Positions 44,431-54,115 are shown, counted from the stretch's first letter. The stretch: 64,000 nucleotides of DNA from a bacterium (GCA_963628435.1 CAVGEY010000009.1:13631-77630), one strand, 5' to 3'. Program-made: numbers and translations. Notes: generated by a model not told the origin, from the sequence alone.

Positions 44431-45267
44431 ATGAATAATAAAAAAAACGGAAATTTTGAAAAAAGAAATAATAATGATAAAAAAATAAAAGAGAAAAATT
44501 ATAATTCCTCCGACATTCGGGAGGACGACGAAAACGAATATATATACGGTAGAAATGCCGTAATGGAAATGCTGAAAAGCGGTAAAACGATAAATAAGCT
44601 TTTTGTAAGTCAGGGTGAGCATGAAGGCTCACTCAGCCTGATTGTTGCACAGGCTAAGGCCGCCGGAATACCCATTGCCGCAACGGCAAAAGAAAAACTT
44701 GACATGATGTCAAACGGAGGAAACCATCAGGGAGTCGTTGCCTCTGCGGCGGCTGTCGAATATGTTGATCTTGACAGACTTTTCGAAATCTCCGATGAAA
44801 AAGGCGAGCCCCCCTTCTTCGTGATTTGCGACGGCGTCGAGGATCCTCATAATTTGGGAGCAATAATCAGATCTGCAGAAGGAGCAGGCGTACACGGTAT
44901 CATAATCGCAAAAAGAAGATGCTGCCCCGTGACCGCAACTGTCGCGAAGGCATCCGCCGGCGCAATAGAGCATATTGCCGTGGCACGTGTGTCGAATATC
45001 GCATCCGCGATTGATGAATTAAAAAAGCGGGGCGTATGGATATACGGTGCCGAAGCGGACGGAACAAATCTTTATAAGGCAGATCTGAAAGGTTCGGCGG
45101 CATTTGTCGTGGGGAGCGAAGGCAGCGGAATTTCACATATAGTGCGTGAAAAATGTGACTTTATGCTGTCGATACCCATGTACGGAAAGGTAAATTCCTT
45201 TAACGTTTCCTGCGCCGCGGCGGTAATTGTTTGCGCCGCCGCCAACGCGCGCAATTCGGATAAATAA
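44431..45267 (+). CDS. rlmB: 23S rRNA (guanosine-2'-O)-methyltransferase, SpoU/TrmH family (RlmB-like)
   Basis: 278 aa. SpoU_sub_bind-like YGRNAVMEML. SPOUT motifs DGVEDPHNLGAIIRSAEGAG, VVGSEGSGIS and SFNVSCAAAV. A Lys/Asn-rich extension of about 35 aa sits at the N-terminus. Confidence 0.85.
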   Translation: MNNKKNGNFEKRNNNDKKIKEKNYNSSDIREDDENEYIYGRNAVMEMLKSGKTINKLFVSQGEHEGSLSLIVAQAKAAGIPIAATAKEKLDMMSNGGNHQGVVASAAAVEYVDLDRLFEISDEKGEPPFFVICDGVEDPHNLGAIIRSAEGAGVHGIIIAKRRCCPVTATVAKASAGAIEHIAVARVSNIASAIDELKKRGVWIYGAEADGTNLYKADLKGSAAFVVGSEGSGISHIVREKCDFMLSIPMYGKVNSFNVSCAAAVIVCAAANARNSDK

Positions 45268-45321
45268 CCGATAATGTCGGATTTTATACTCATTTGATTT
45301 TTACCGAAAGGAGACAGCACA

Positions 45322-47523
45322 ATGGGCAGTGACGAAAAGAAAAACAGGGAAGCACCGAACGCCGACTCGCTTTTGCGCCGGCTTCGCTCAAATATAGGCA
45401 AGGAAAGCGAAAATTCCGAAAGCAATTCGCAAAATGACGAAAATGTATTGAAAAAAAGCGATGAAAACGAAGCCTCGATTGGCAAGCTGTCCACGGAAGA
45501 CGCAAAAAAGATTACCCTCGAAGAATTTTACGGATACAGTCCGATAGTTCGGGACAGAGGCTCGAATGTTGATCATAGGGGACATTTTACCAAGAACCGC
45601 CCGATTCGAAAAATAAATGTCGATGAAAACGAATCTGCAGACGATACCGCGGTTGACGCCGAAACCGAATTCAACTTGATGTCCATTTTCGGAATGGAAA
45701 AGAAGGAATCGCAAAGCGGCGACGATAATTCTGATAAATCGGATACAAAAGCCGAGAATCAGTACAATGATGAGGTTTACGGCGATGAAAAAGGAAATGC
45801 CGTGCTTCGCCGGGATGTGAAAAACGAATTCACCGATGAATCGCAAACCGAAAAGATATTTGCCGGCTACAAAAAGAAATATCTGAAATCTGCTTTGAAT
45901 ATTATCTGCTGTCTCTTTTTTGTTTTGTTTACCGCACTTATAGAATATCAGTCATTTCTGCCGTTTGAACTTCCCGCGTTTTTTAATACTTCTTATTATC
46001 CGAAGGTCAGCGTTTTCCTTGAACTTCAGGTCATTGTTCTGATAGTTGCGCTAATGCCTAAGAATTATGCGGACGGATTTCGTCAGATTTTTCACGGCAG
46101 CGCAGATGAGAATACTTTTTTTGCGATTACCACGACAGTTGCAGCTGTTTATCTCGTATGTATGACATCTGTTTCGGGCGAAAACGATGTAAATCTGTTT
46201 GTTTTTCCCGCTGTTTTGTCGGCTTTTCTCGCTGCAATTTCCGATTTTGTCAGTCTCAAACGCGAAATCAACGGTTTTTGTGTCATTTCAAGCAAAAAAG
46301 AAAAGCTGGCGCTTTACCGTAAAACGAGAAAAGAAGCCGAAAACGAAATCTATGAGATGTCGAAATATTTGCCCGAAAACAATAAGTTTATCGCGGTTGC
46401 GAAATCCGAACGGGTATCGGATTTCTATAAAAATATGAACACCGTGTCCGCGATTACAGACGGCATTAAATTTCTGATTGCCGCCGGAATTTTGATTTCT
46501 CTCGCATTCGGAATCTATTCGTTTGTAAAACAGCATAATTTGACCGATTCACTCTTTTCGGCTTACGCGGTACTGATGACTGCATTGCCGTTTTCGGCAT
46601 ATTTTCTCTATTCTTATCCCCTTTATTGCCTTTCAAGACACGCCAGAAAGAGAAAAAGCGCAGTTATAGGCTCGCAGCCTCTCGAACAGTTCTCCGCTCC
46701 CGCAACGGTTACATTCTGCGATGATGATGTGTTCACCGAAAACGGCATAAAACTCAGCAGCGTCAAGACTTACGGCAAGATGCCGATGGATAAGCTTCTC
46801 AGAATTGCCGCCGCCGTGCTTTGTCCCACGGGAGGATCGCTCGGCAAAGTGCTTGAAAGCATAACCGAATCATGCGACATTACCGATGATATGGAATATC
46901 TGAATGTCTATGATGACGGAATAGATGCCGCAGTTGACGGAAGCAGGGTACTTCTCGGATCATATCACTTTATTGTCAGAAATCATTTGACCATTCCGTA
47001 CGATGAAGACATGGACAATGATACCGACGTTTTTATGTATATGTCAATCGGAAATGAGGTTGTCGCAAAACTTCGGCTTTCGTATATTGCCAATCCCGAG
47101 TTCAAAAAGATAATGAAAAATCTCTTTTCGTCGGGACTCAGCGTTGCCGTTAAAACATTCGATCCGAATGTCGATTTGTCGCTTCTTTGCAGAACACTTG
47201 AACTTGATGAAAAGAATCCGATAAAAATCATACATACGCATAATCCGCTTGAGGTTTATGAGGTAAAGAAAACGGTAAACAGCACTCTTGTTTCGGTAGG
47301 CGGAATGAAGCAGCTTATGGAAACGCTGCATAGATGCAGCAGGACACGTCATGTCATAAGTATCTGCTCGGTTCTTGCGGTAATTTCAGAGATTGTTGCG
47401 GCAATAGTTATGGCCGTTGCAATGACGATGACCGATATAACGCAGATATCCTCGCTGTATATAATGCTTTATCAGCTGTTCTGGATTCTGCCGCCTCTCG
47501 CAATTTCAAAATTTATGTCATGA
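45322..47523 (+). CDS. membrane protein with degenerate P-type-ATPase / HAD-like cytoplasmic domain
   Basis: 733 aa. About 190 aa of charged, low-complexity N-terminus, then multiple TM helices. The cytoplasmic segment VTFCDDDVFTENG aligns to the phosphorylation loop VxFDKTGTLTxG, with the Asp replaced. Later KTFDP and SVGGMKQ sit where TGD and GDGIND would be. Confidence 0.45.
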   Translation: MGSDEKKNREAPNADSLLRRLRSNIGKESENSESNSQNDENVLKKSDENEASIGKLSTEDAKKITLEEFYGYSPIVRDRGSNVDHRGHFTKNRPIRKINVDENESADDTAVDAETEFNLMSIFGMEKKESQSGDDNSDKSDTKAENQYNDEVYGDEKGNAVLRRDVKNEFTDESQTEKIFAGYKKKYLKSALNIICCLFFVLFTALIEYQSFLPFELPAFFNTSYYPKVSVFLELQVIVLIVALMPKNYADGFRQIFHGSADENTFFAITTTVAAVYLVCMTSVSGENDVNLFVFPAVLSAFLAAISDFVSLKREINGFCVISSKKEKLALYRKTRKEAENEIYEMSKYLPENNKFIAVAKSERVSDFYKNMNTVSAITDGIKFLIAAGILISLAFGIYSFVKQHNLTDSLFSAYAVLMTALPFSAYFLYSYPLYCLSRHARKRKSAVIGSQPLEQFSAPATVTFCDDDVFTENGIKLSSVKTYGKMPMDKLLRIAAAVLCPTGGSLGKVLESITESCDITDDMEYLNVYDDGIDAAVDGSRVLLGSYHFIVRNHLTIPYDEDMDNDTDVFMYMSIGNEVVAKLRLSYIANPEFKKIMKNLFSSGLSVAVKTFDPNVDLSLLCRTLELDEKNPIKIIHTHNPLEVYEVKKTVNSTLVSVGGMKQLMETLHRCSRTRHVISICSVLAVISEIVAAIVMAVAMTMTDITQISSLYIMLYQLFWILPPLAISKFMS

Positions 47524-47621
47524 TCAATCGAATGTGTATGTGCGCATACGATATACAAATATAAACAAAGCATTGCACATTTTTCAATTAAGGATGCCGC
47601 GCCGCGGTGTGAGGTGTTTCT

Positions 47622-49508
47622 ATGAACAGTGAAAAAACAAACGAAAACATGAAATTCGATATTAAGGAAAAAATTCTCAGGCAGGTCGAAAAACCGGGAA
47701 GGTACATCGGCGGGGAATACGGCGAGATTATCAAGGATAAATCTAAAATAAAAGCAAGATTCGCATTTTGCTTTCCCGATACCTATGAAATCGGCATGTC
47801 GAATCTCGGAATAAGAATTCTTTACGGCTCGCTCAACAGATATGACGATATATGGTGCGAACGCTGCTACTGTCCGTGGGTGGATATGGAAGAAAAACTG
47901 CGTGAAAATAATCTTCCTATGTGGGCGCATGAGTCTGGCGATCCGCTTAATGCATTTGACTTTGTCGGATTCACTCTTCAGTATGAGCTTTGCTACACAA
48001 ATGTTGTGAACGTTCTCGATCTCGGAGGAATACCGCTGCTCTCCGCCGACAGAAGCGACAGCGATCCGATAGTAATCGGCGGCGGCCCCTGCACATACAA
48101 CGCCGAACCTGTCTGCGATTTTTTTGATATTTTTTCAATCGGAGAGGGAGAGGATGCTCTCCCCGAAATATGCCGCTTGTATATAAATATGAAGGAAAGC
48201 GGCAAATACAGCCGTAAGGAATTTCTTCATGAAGCGGCAAAGCTGCCGGGATTTTATGTTCCGTCACTTTATAACGTGACATATAAGCCCGACGGAAAAA
48301 TCGATTCGTATACTCCGGTTTATGACGATATCCCGCGCCGCATCCGCAAACGCATAATGAAAGATATGGACAAGTCATACTATCCCGATAAGGTTGTAAT
48401 GCCGTATATCGAAACCGTGCAGGACAGAATAATGCTTGAGGTCTATCGCGGATGCATCCGCGGCTGTCGATTCTGTCAGGCGGGAATGACCTACCGCCCC
48501 GTAAGGGAAAAAACGGTCGATGTTCTGAATAAGCAGGCAAAAGATCTTTTCGATAATACCGGCTATGACGAAATAACTCTTTCTTCTCTGTCAATTTCGG
48601 ATTACACCTGCATAGACGAGCTCACAACCGAACTTCTTGAATGGACAGATAAGGAAAAGGTCAATCTTTCGCTCCCGTCACTGCGTGTTAACAGCTTCAC
48701 ACCCGAACTTATGGAAAAAATATCTTCGGTAAGAGCATCCGGAATTACATTCGCACCGGAAGCGGGAACGCAGCGGCTTCGCGATGTTATAAATAAATGT
48801 CTTACCGAAGAGGATTTGCTTCGCGCTTGCAATGTCGCATTCGATTACGGAAAAAACACCGTAAAACTCTATTTTATGAACGGACATCCCACCGAAACCG
48901 ACGATGACATCAGAGCCATTGCCGACCTTGCGAAGCATGTTGTCGATGCCTACTATGAAAATCCGAATACAAAACGGAATAAGCCGCCCACGGTTACAAT
49001 ATCGGTTGCCTGCTTCATCCCGAAACCGTGGACTCCCTTCCAGTGGGAACCGCAGTGTACCGCAGATGAGTTCAAACATAAGCAGGATGTGCTGTACGAA
49101 AGAGTATCCCATTACAAACATGTTACTTATCACTGGCATGACGCCAAAGTAAGCCGTATAGAAGGAGTTTTCGCAAGGGGCGACCGCAGACTCGGCAGGG
49201 CATTGCTTGAAGCTCATAAACGAGGCATGAAATTCGACAGTTGGAGCGAATTTTTCGATTATGATAAGTGGATTTCGGTATTTGCCGACTGCGGTATAGA
49301 TCCCGCATTCTATGCAAACCGCAGATACGATTTCGACGAAACGCTCCCATGGGATATAATAGACTGCGGTGTCAGAAAAGAATTTCTGAAACGGGAAGCC
49401 GAAAGAGCATATAAAGGTCTTACGACTCCGAACTGCCGTGAACAGTGTTCGGGATGCGGAGCAAACAGTCTTGGAGGTGAACGGTCATGCTGTCCGAAGG
49501 TACAGTAA
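47622..49508 (+). CDS. B12-binding-domain radical SAM protein (TIGR03960-like)
   Basis: 628 aa. Radical SAM cluster motif CIRGCRFCQAG. The N-terminal region has a B12-binding-like layout. It is followed by the usual partner gene. Confidence 0.8.
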   Translation: MNSEKTNENMKFDIKEKILRQVEKPGRYIGGEYGEIIKDKSKIKARFAFCFPDTYEIGMSNLGIRILYGSLNRYDDIWCERCYCPWVDMEEKLRENNLPMWAHESGDPLNAFDFVGFTLQYELCYTNVVNVLDLGGIPLLSADRSDSDPIVIGGGPCTYNAEPVCDFFDIFSIGEGEDALPEICRLYINMKESGKYSRKEFLHEAAKLPGFYVPSLYNVTYKPDGKIDSYTPVYDDIPRRIRKRIMKDMDKSYYPDKVVMPYIETVQDRIMLEVYRGCIRGCRFCQAGMTYRPVREKTVDVLNKQAKDLFDNTGYDEITLSSLSISDYTCIDELTTELLEWTDKEKVNLSLPSLRVNSFTPELMEKISSVRASGITFAPEAGTQRLRDVINKCLTEEDLLRACNVAFDYGKNTVKLYFMNGHPTETDDDIRAIADLAKHVVDAYYENPNTKRNKPPTVTISVACFIPKPWTPFQWEPQCTADEFKHKQDVLYERVSHYKHVTYHWHDAKVSRIEGVFARGDRRLGRALLEAHKRGMKFDSWSEFFDYDKWISVFADCGIDPAFYANRRYDFDETLPWDIIDCGVRKEFLKREAERAYKGLTTPNCREQCSGCGANSLGGERSCCPKVQ

Positions 49509-50125
49509 GAATCCTGTTTTCGAAAACAGGGAAAATCAAATATATTTCTCATCTTGATTTGAACAGGACGCTTAAAAGCGCATTTATCAGGGCAAGAATT
49601 CCGCTGAAATATTCGGAGGGATTCAATCCGCGTCCCAAAATGGCATTCGCACTTACGGTCTCGGTCGGAAGCGAAAGTCTGTGCGAACTGCTTGATATCG
49701 GTATAACAGAGCCGATGGAAGAGAAAGAACTTGTTGATGCACTTTCAAATTCGGTTACCGGTGATATACGGATAAAAAAAGTATATAATCCCACAACGAA
49801 ATTTACCGAACTTTGCTGGTCCGAATATGAAATTACGGCGGAGAGCGATTTCGACTCCGACGAAATCGAAGAGATGATGTCGAATCCGATGGTGGTGAAA
49901 AAACACGGAAAAAAAGGCGATGTCGATACCGATATACGCCCGATGATAAAAGAGTTTCACGCCTGCGGAAATAAGCTGAATCTTATACTGTCGGCATCTC
50001 AGGGAAATTATCTTAATCCCGAATATTTTATGAAGGCTCTGAATGCCGTAACCTGTGACAGGTATCCGTTTTATTCCATAATCCGAGTAAATATATACCG
50101 CGATGATATGACGGTGTTTGAATAA
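49487..50125 (+). CDS. radical SAM-associated protein (TIGR03936 / DUF2344-like)
   Basis: 212 aa. The N-terminus VRILFSKTGKIKYISHLDLNRTLKSAFIRARIPLKYSEGFNPRPKM is typical of this family. It overlaps the upstream radical SAM gene by 22 nt. Confidence 0.8.
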   Translation: MLSEGTVRILFSKTGKIKYISHLDLNRTLKSAFIRARIPLKYSEGFNPRPKMAFALTVSVGSESLCELLDIGITEPMEEKELVDALSNSVTGDIRIKKVYNPTTKFTELCWSEYEITAESDFDSDEIEEMMSNPMVVKKHGKKGDVDTDIRPMIKEFHACGNKLNLILSASQGNYLNPEYFMKALNAVTCDRYPFYSIIRVNIYRDDMTVFE

Positions 50126-50130
50126 AAAAG

Positions 50131-50177
50131 ATCGCATCGGGAATATTTATCATGTTCCCGATGCGATGGATTTTTTG
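50131..50177 (+). terminator. rho-independent terminator
   Basis: ATCGCATCGGGAA ... TTCCCGATGCGAT (13-bp perfect stem), followed by GGATTTTTTGG. Confidence 0.88.
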
Positions 50178-50268
50178 GCGGCAAAACAGAAAACAGACCG
50201 TCGAAATGTGAACAATATGTAAATTATTAAAAAAACAAGCCCTGAAAAAGAAAAAAAGAAAAAAACTA

Positions 50269-50297
50269 TTGACATTTTTATTTGGTTATGATAAAAT
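50269..50297 (+). promoter_or_regulatory. S10 operon promoter (TTGACA, 17-nt spacer, TGaTAAAAT)
   Basis: TTGACA at 50269-74, a 17-nt spacer, TG at 50289-90, and TAAAAT at 50292-97. A very A-rich UP-like region lies upstream at 50221-50266. Confidence 0.7.
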
Positions 50298-50455
50298 GTC
50301 AAAGCTTGATGCGTTGATGGCAAAAGTTGCTGAAAAACAGACATACAGACCCAAAACATATATGTCTGACAGGTAATTTTGCCGGAGTATGTCCGATAAT
50401 CGGGCGAGGCAGAGACGGCATTCGGCCGCATTCTCAATGTTTTGGAAATCTTTAT

Positions 50456-50500
50456 CCGAACTCCGCAGTAGAGAGTTGCACTGCAAAAGTTCGGTTTTAT
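50456..50500 (+). promoter_or_regulatory. terminator-like (attenuator) hairpin inside the rpsJ 5' leader
   Basis: The outer stem CCGAACT / AGTTCGG encloses the inner stem GCAGT / ACTGC. It is followed directly by TTTTAT, about 80 nt before the rpsJ start. Confidence 0.45.
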
Positions 50501-50578
50501 GATGGAAAAGCTGGGAACGCACGGCATAGTGTAGCGTCTCCGGACCTCCGGTATACACTAAGAGGAGGAAAGCAAACA

Positions 50579-50890
50579 ATGGCTGCAAACGAAAAAGTCA
50601 GAATCAAACTGAAAAGCTACGATCATACACTGATCGATCAGGCTGCCGGAAAGATAGTCGAGACGGCAAAGCGCAACGGCGCAGTGGTGTCCGGCCCGAT
50701 TCCGCTTCCTACCGATCGCGAGATCGTTACGATTCTCCGCGCCGTCCATAAATATAAGGACAGCCGCGAGCAGTTTGAGATGAGAACCCACAAGAGACTG
50801 ATCGACATCGTAAAGCCTTCGCAGAAGGTTATCGAGTCGCTTCAGACACTGGAACTTCCCGCAGGCGTTGAAATCGAGATTAAGATCTGA
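50579..50890 (+). CDS. rpsJ: 30S ribosomal protein S10
   Basis: [35 protein letters not shown] at 50579 after AGAGGAGGAA. The track ORF extends upstream spuriously. Confidence 0.97.
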   Translation: MAANEKVRIKLKSYDHTLIDQAAGKIVETAKRNGAVVSGPIPLPTDREIVTILRAVHKYKDSREQFEMRTHKRLIDIVKPSQKVIESLQTLELPAGVEIEIKI

Positions 50891-50972
50891 TTTCACACAG
50901 GCGCAGAAAGTTTTATGTCAAGTTGGCAGACATAAAACGCCAACCAATAACTAAAACAGGAGGAAAATCCAA

Positions 50973-51608
50973 ATGAAAAAAGGCATTATCGGTAAAAAAA
51001 TCGGTATGACCCAAATTTTCGATGATAAGGGAAACGTAATCCCGGTTACCGTCATCGAAGCAGGTCCCTGTGCCGTAACACAGGTAAAGAACAATGAAAC
51101 CGACGGATACGAAGCTGTCCAGCTCGGATTCATTACAAAGAAGGAAAAGAAAGTTTCGAAGCCCGAAGCAGGTCTTGCAAAGAAGACCGGCGTTGCCGCA
51201 AAGAAGCATCTCAAGGAATTCCGTCTTGATGATATCTCCGGATATAAAGTAGGCGATACCGTCACCGCCGATCTGTTTTCGGCAGGTGAAAAGGTCGACG
51301 TTACCGGAATCACAAAAGGACGCGGATATACCGGTTCGGTTAAGCGCTGGAATAACGCAACCCTGAGAATGACACACGGCACAGGCCCTATTCACCGTCA
51401 GCCCGGTTCAATGGGTGCAAACTCGACTCCTTCGAGAATTTATAAGAACAAACACATGGCAGGTCAGTACGGAAACGAACAGGTAACTGTTCTCAACCTT
51501 GAGATTGCCAAGATAGATGCGGAGAAAAATATAATCGCGGTTAAGGGTGCTATCCCCGGAGCACGCGGCGGTATCGTATTCATTCGCAATACCGTAAAGT
51601 CTAAGTGA
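50973..51608 (+). CDS. rplC: 50S ribosomal protein L3
   Basis: MKKGIIGKKIGMTQIFD...; conserved order after rpsJ. Confidence 0.97.
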   Translation: MKKGIIGKKIGMTQIFDDKGNVIPVTVIEAGPCAVTQVKNNETDGYEAVQLGFITKKEKKVSKPEAGLAKKTGVAAKKHLKEFRLDDISGYKVGDTVTADLFSAGEKVDVTGITKGRGYTGSVKRWNNATLRMTHGTGPIHRQPGSMGANSTPSRIYKNKHMAGQYGNEQVTVLNLEIAKIDAEKNIIAVKGAIPGARGGIVFIRNTVKSK

Positions 51609-51621
51609 GGAGGAAGAAAGG

Positions 51622-52269
51622 ATGCCTAATATGAAGGTTGTCGATATGGCAGGCAAGGAAGTCGGACAGATCGAACTCAGCGAAAGCGTGTTCGGTGCGG
51701 AAGTCAATAAGACCGTCCTTCATTCTTATGTCAGAACATATCTTATGAATCAGAGACAGGGCACACAGTCTACTCTCACCCGTACCGAGGTTTCCGGCGG
51801 CGGAAAGAAGCCCTGGAAGCAGAAGGGTACCGGTCGTGCAAGACAGGGCTCGACACGCGCTCCTCAGTGGACGCACGGCGGCGTGGCACTCGGACCCAAG
51901 CCCAGATCCTACAGAATTGCATTGAACAAAAAGGTAAAGAAGATCGCGATGACATCGGCTCTTTCCGCCAAATATGCGGATAATGAGATTATCGTTGTCG
52001 ACAAGATCGAGACTGCCGAATACAAGACCAAAACGATGGTGGCAATGCTTGCCGCAGTCGGTGCCGCAAAGAAAGCACTCGTAGTTCTGCCTACGGCGGA
52101 CAAGACGGTTGTTAAGTCTTTCGCGAACATCGAAGGAACCGCAACGGCAAATGCTTCCAACGTTAACGTTTACGAAATTCTCAACTGCGACAGCCTTGTA
52201 ATCACAAGCGAAGCAGTAAAGATTCTCGAAAATATCATTCTTAACAACAAGGAGGCTGACGCACAATGA
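51622..52269 (+). CDS. rplD: 50S ribosomal protein L4
   Basis: 215 aa with ...GGGKKPWKQKGTGRARQGS...; operon order. Confidence 0.96.
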   Translation: MPNMKVVDMAGKEVGQIELSESVFGAEVNKTVLHSYVRTYLMNQRQGTQSTLTRTEVSGGGKKPWKQKGTGRARQGSTRAPQWTHGGVALGPKPRSYRIALNKKVKKIAMTSALSAKYADNEIIVVDKIETAEYKTKTMVAMLAAVGAAKKALVVLPTADKTVVKSFANIEGTATANASNVNVYEILNCDSLVITSEAVKILENIILNNKEADAQ

Positions 52270-52559
52270 AAACAGCATACGATGTTGTACTGAAGCCCAT
52301 TATCACCGAAGCGAGCATGGACGGTATCTCTTCAAAGAAATACACATTCCGTGTTGCTTTCGACGCTACTAAGCCCGAAATCGCCGACGCTGTTGAGAAG
52401 CTGTTCAAGGTAAAGGTTAAGAGCGTGAACACCGTCATTATGAAGAAGAAGCCCAAAACAGTCGGCAAGTATTCCGGATATACCGGAGAATGGAAGAAAG
52501 CGGTCGTTACTCTGAGCGCCGATTCCAAGTCGATTGAATTCTTCGACGGAATGATGTAA
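52266..52559 (+). CDS. rplW: 50S ribosomal protein L23
   Basis: 97 aa, [13 protein letters not shown]...; ATGA overlap with rplD. Confidence 0.96.
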   Translation: MKTAYDVVLKPIITEASMDGISSKKYTFRVAFDATKPEIADAVEKLFKVKVKSVNTVIMKKKPKTVGKYSGYTGEWKKAVVTLSADSKSIEFFDGMM

Positions 52560-52576
52560 TAAGGAGGAAACAGACA

Positions 52577-53410
52577 ATGGCAGTTAAGGTTTATAAGCCT
52601 ACAACTCCGGGCCGCAGACAGATGTCTGTTCCGTCTTTTGATGAAGTAACAAAGCATTCTCCCGAGAAGAATCTGCTTACCGTTAAGAAAAAGCACTCGG
52701 GCAGAAACAGCTACGGAAGAATCACTGTTCGTCATCAGGGCGGCGGAAATAAAATCAAATACAGAATAATCGATTTCAAGCGCCAGAAACTTGATATGCC
52801 GGCAACGGTTATCGGCGTTGAATACGATCCTAACAGAACAGCATATATCGCACTTGTCGAATACGAAGACAAGACAAGATCCTATATTGTCGCTCCTTCC
52901 GGACTGACAGTCGGAGATGTTGTTCTGAGCAGCGAAAAAGCCGATATCAAACCCGGCAATACACTTCCGCTCGGATCGATTCCGGTAGGTATTTTCATCA
53001 ACAATATCGAAATTCATCCCGGCAAAGGCGCTCAGCTTGTACGTTCGGCAGGAGCTGCCGCACAGCTCATGGCAAAAGAGAACGGAATGGCTCAGGTAAG
53101 ACTTCCTTCCGGTGAGGTTCGCCTCGTTCGTCTTGACTGTAAGGCGACAATCGGTCAGATCGGCAATATCGAGCATGACACGATTTCGGTAGGTAAAGCA
53201 GGTAAAACCCGTCATAAGGGCATCAGACCGACGGTACGCGGTTCAGTCATGAACCCTGTCGATCACCCGCACGGCGGTGGCGAAGGCAGAGCTCCTGTCG
53301 GTCGTCCCGGACCTGTTACTCCTTGGGGCAAGCCGGCACTCGGTTACAAGACGCGTAACAAGAAGGCACGCACCGAGAAGTTCATCGTTAAACACAGAAA
53401 AGGTAAATAA
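52577..53410 (+). CDS. rplB: 50S ribosomal protein L2
   Basis: 277 aa with [15 protein letters not shown] and [13 protein letters not shown]. Confidence 0.98.
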   Translation: MAVKVYKPTTPGRRQMSVPSFDEVTKHSPEKNLLTVKKKHSGRNSYGRITVRHQGGGNKIKYRIIDFKRQKLDMPATVIGVEYDPNRTAYIALVEYEDKTRSYIVAPSGLTVGDVVLSSEKADIKPGNTLPLGSIPVGIFINNIEIHPGKGAQLVRSAGAAAQLMAKENGMAQVRLPSGEVRLVRLDCKATIGQIGNIEHDTISVGKAGKTRHKGIRPTVRGSVMNPVDHPHGGGEGRAPVGRPGPVTPWGKPALGYKTRNKKARTEKFIVKHRKGK

Positions 53411-53427
53411 GAAGGAGGCACACATAG

Positions 53428-53709
53428 ATGAGCAGAAGCCTGAAGAAAGCTCCGTTTGTGGAAGCAAAACTTTATACCAGAATTGCTGCTATGAACGAAG
53501 CGGGAGAGAAAAAGGTTATCAAAACATGGTCGAGAGCTTCCACCATTTATCCCGATTTTGTTGGACACACAATTGCCGTATATGACGGCAGAAAGCATGT
53601 TCCGGTATATGTCGTAGAGGACATGGTCGGACATAAGCTCGGTGAGTTCGCACCCACGAGAACATTCAAAGGTCACGCGGGTTCAAAGACATCCAACAAC
53701 GGCAAGTAA
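53428..53709 (+). CDS. rpsS: 30S ribosomal protein S19
   Basis: [11 protein letters not shown]...[16 protein letters not shown]. Confidence 0.98.
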   Translation: MSRSLKKAPFVEAKLYTRIAAMNEAGEKKVIKTWSRASTIYPDFVGHTIAVYDGRKHVPVYVVEDMVGHKLGEFAPTRTFKGHAGSKTSNNGK

Positions 53710-53761
53710 GCCGAATAATTAGATTTCGCAAAACAAGCGAAGGGAGGCAAAAGTCTTAACT

Positions 53762-54115
53762 ATGGAAGCAAGAGCATATCTGAAATATGCGAGAATAACT
53801 CCCCGTAAAGTCTGCATCGTACTTGATCTCATCAGAGGCAAGCAGGTTGATGAAGCGATGGGAATTCTTAAAAATACACGCAGAGGCGCATCCGAGTATC
53901 TTATCAAACTGCTCGCAAGCGCAACCGCAAATGCGGTAAACTATGCCGAAACACATAACATAGCTGATTTTGACAAGAGCAATCTTTATGTATCCGAATG
54001 CTTTGTCTGCCCGGGTCCTACACTCAAGAGAGGACAGGCAAGAGGCAGAGGCGGATTTGATCGCCTTCTTAAAAGAACCAGCCATATGACCATCGTCGTA
54101 AAGACGAAGGACTGA
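53762..54115 (+). CDS. rplV: 50S ribosomal protein L22
   Basis: MEARAYLKYARITPRKV...; operon order. Confidence 0.96.
   Translation: MEARAYLKYARITPRKVCIVLDLIRGKQVDEAMGILKNTRRGASEYLIKLLASATANAVNYAETHNIADFDKSNLYVSECFVCPGPTLKRGQARGRGGFDRLLKRTSHMTIVVKTKD

Noticed and set aside
50327-50578. Track ORF giving S10 an 84-aa N-terminal extension.
   Set aside because: The conserved S10 sequence starts at [11 protein letters not shown] (ATG 50579), directly after AGAGGAGGAA. The upstream part is the untranslated leader.
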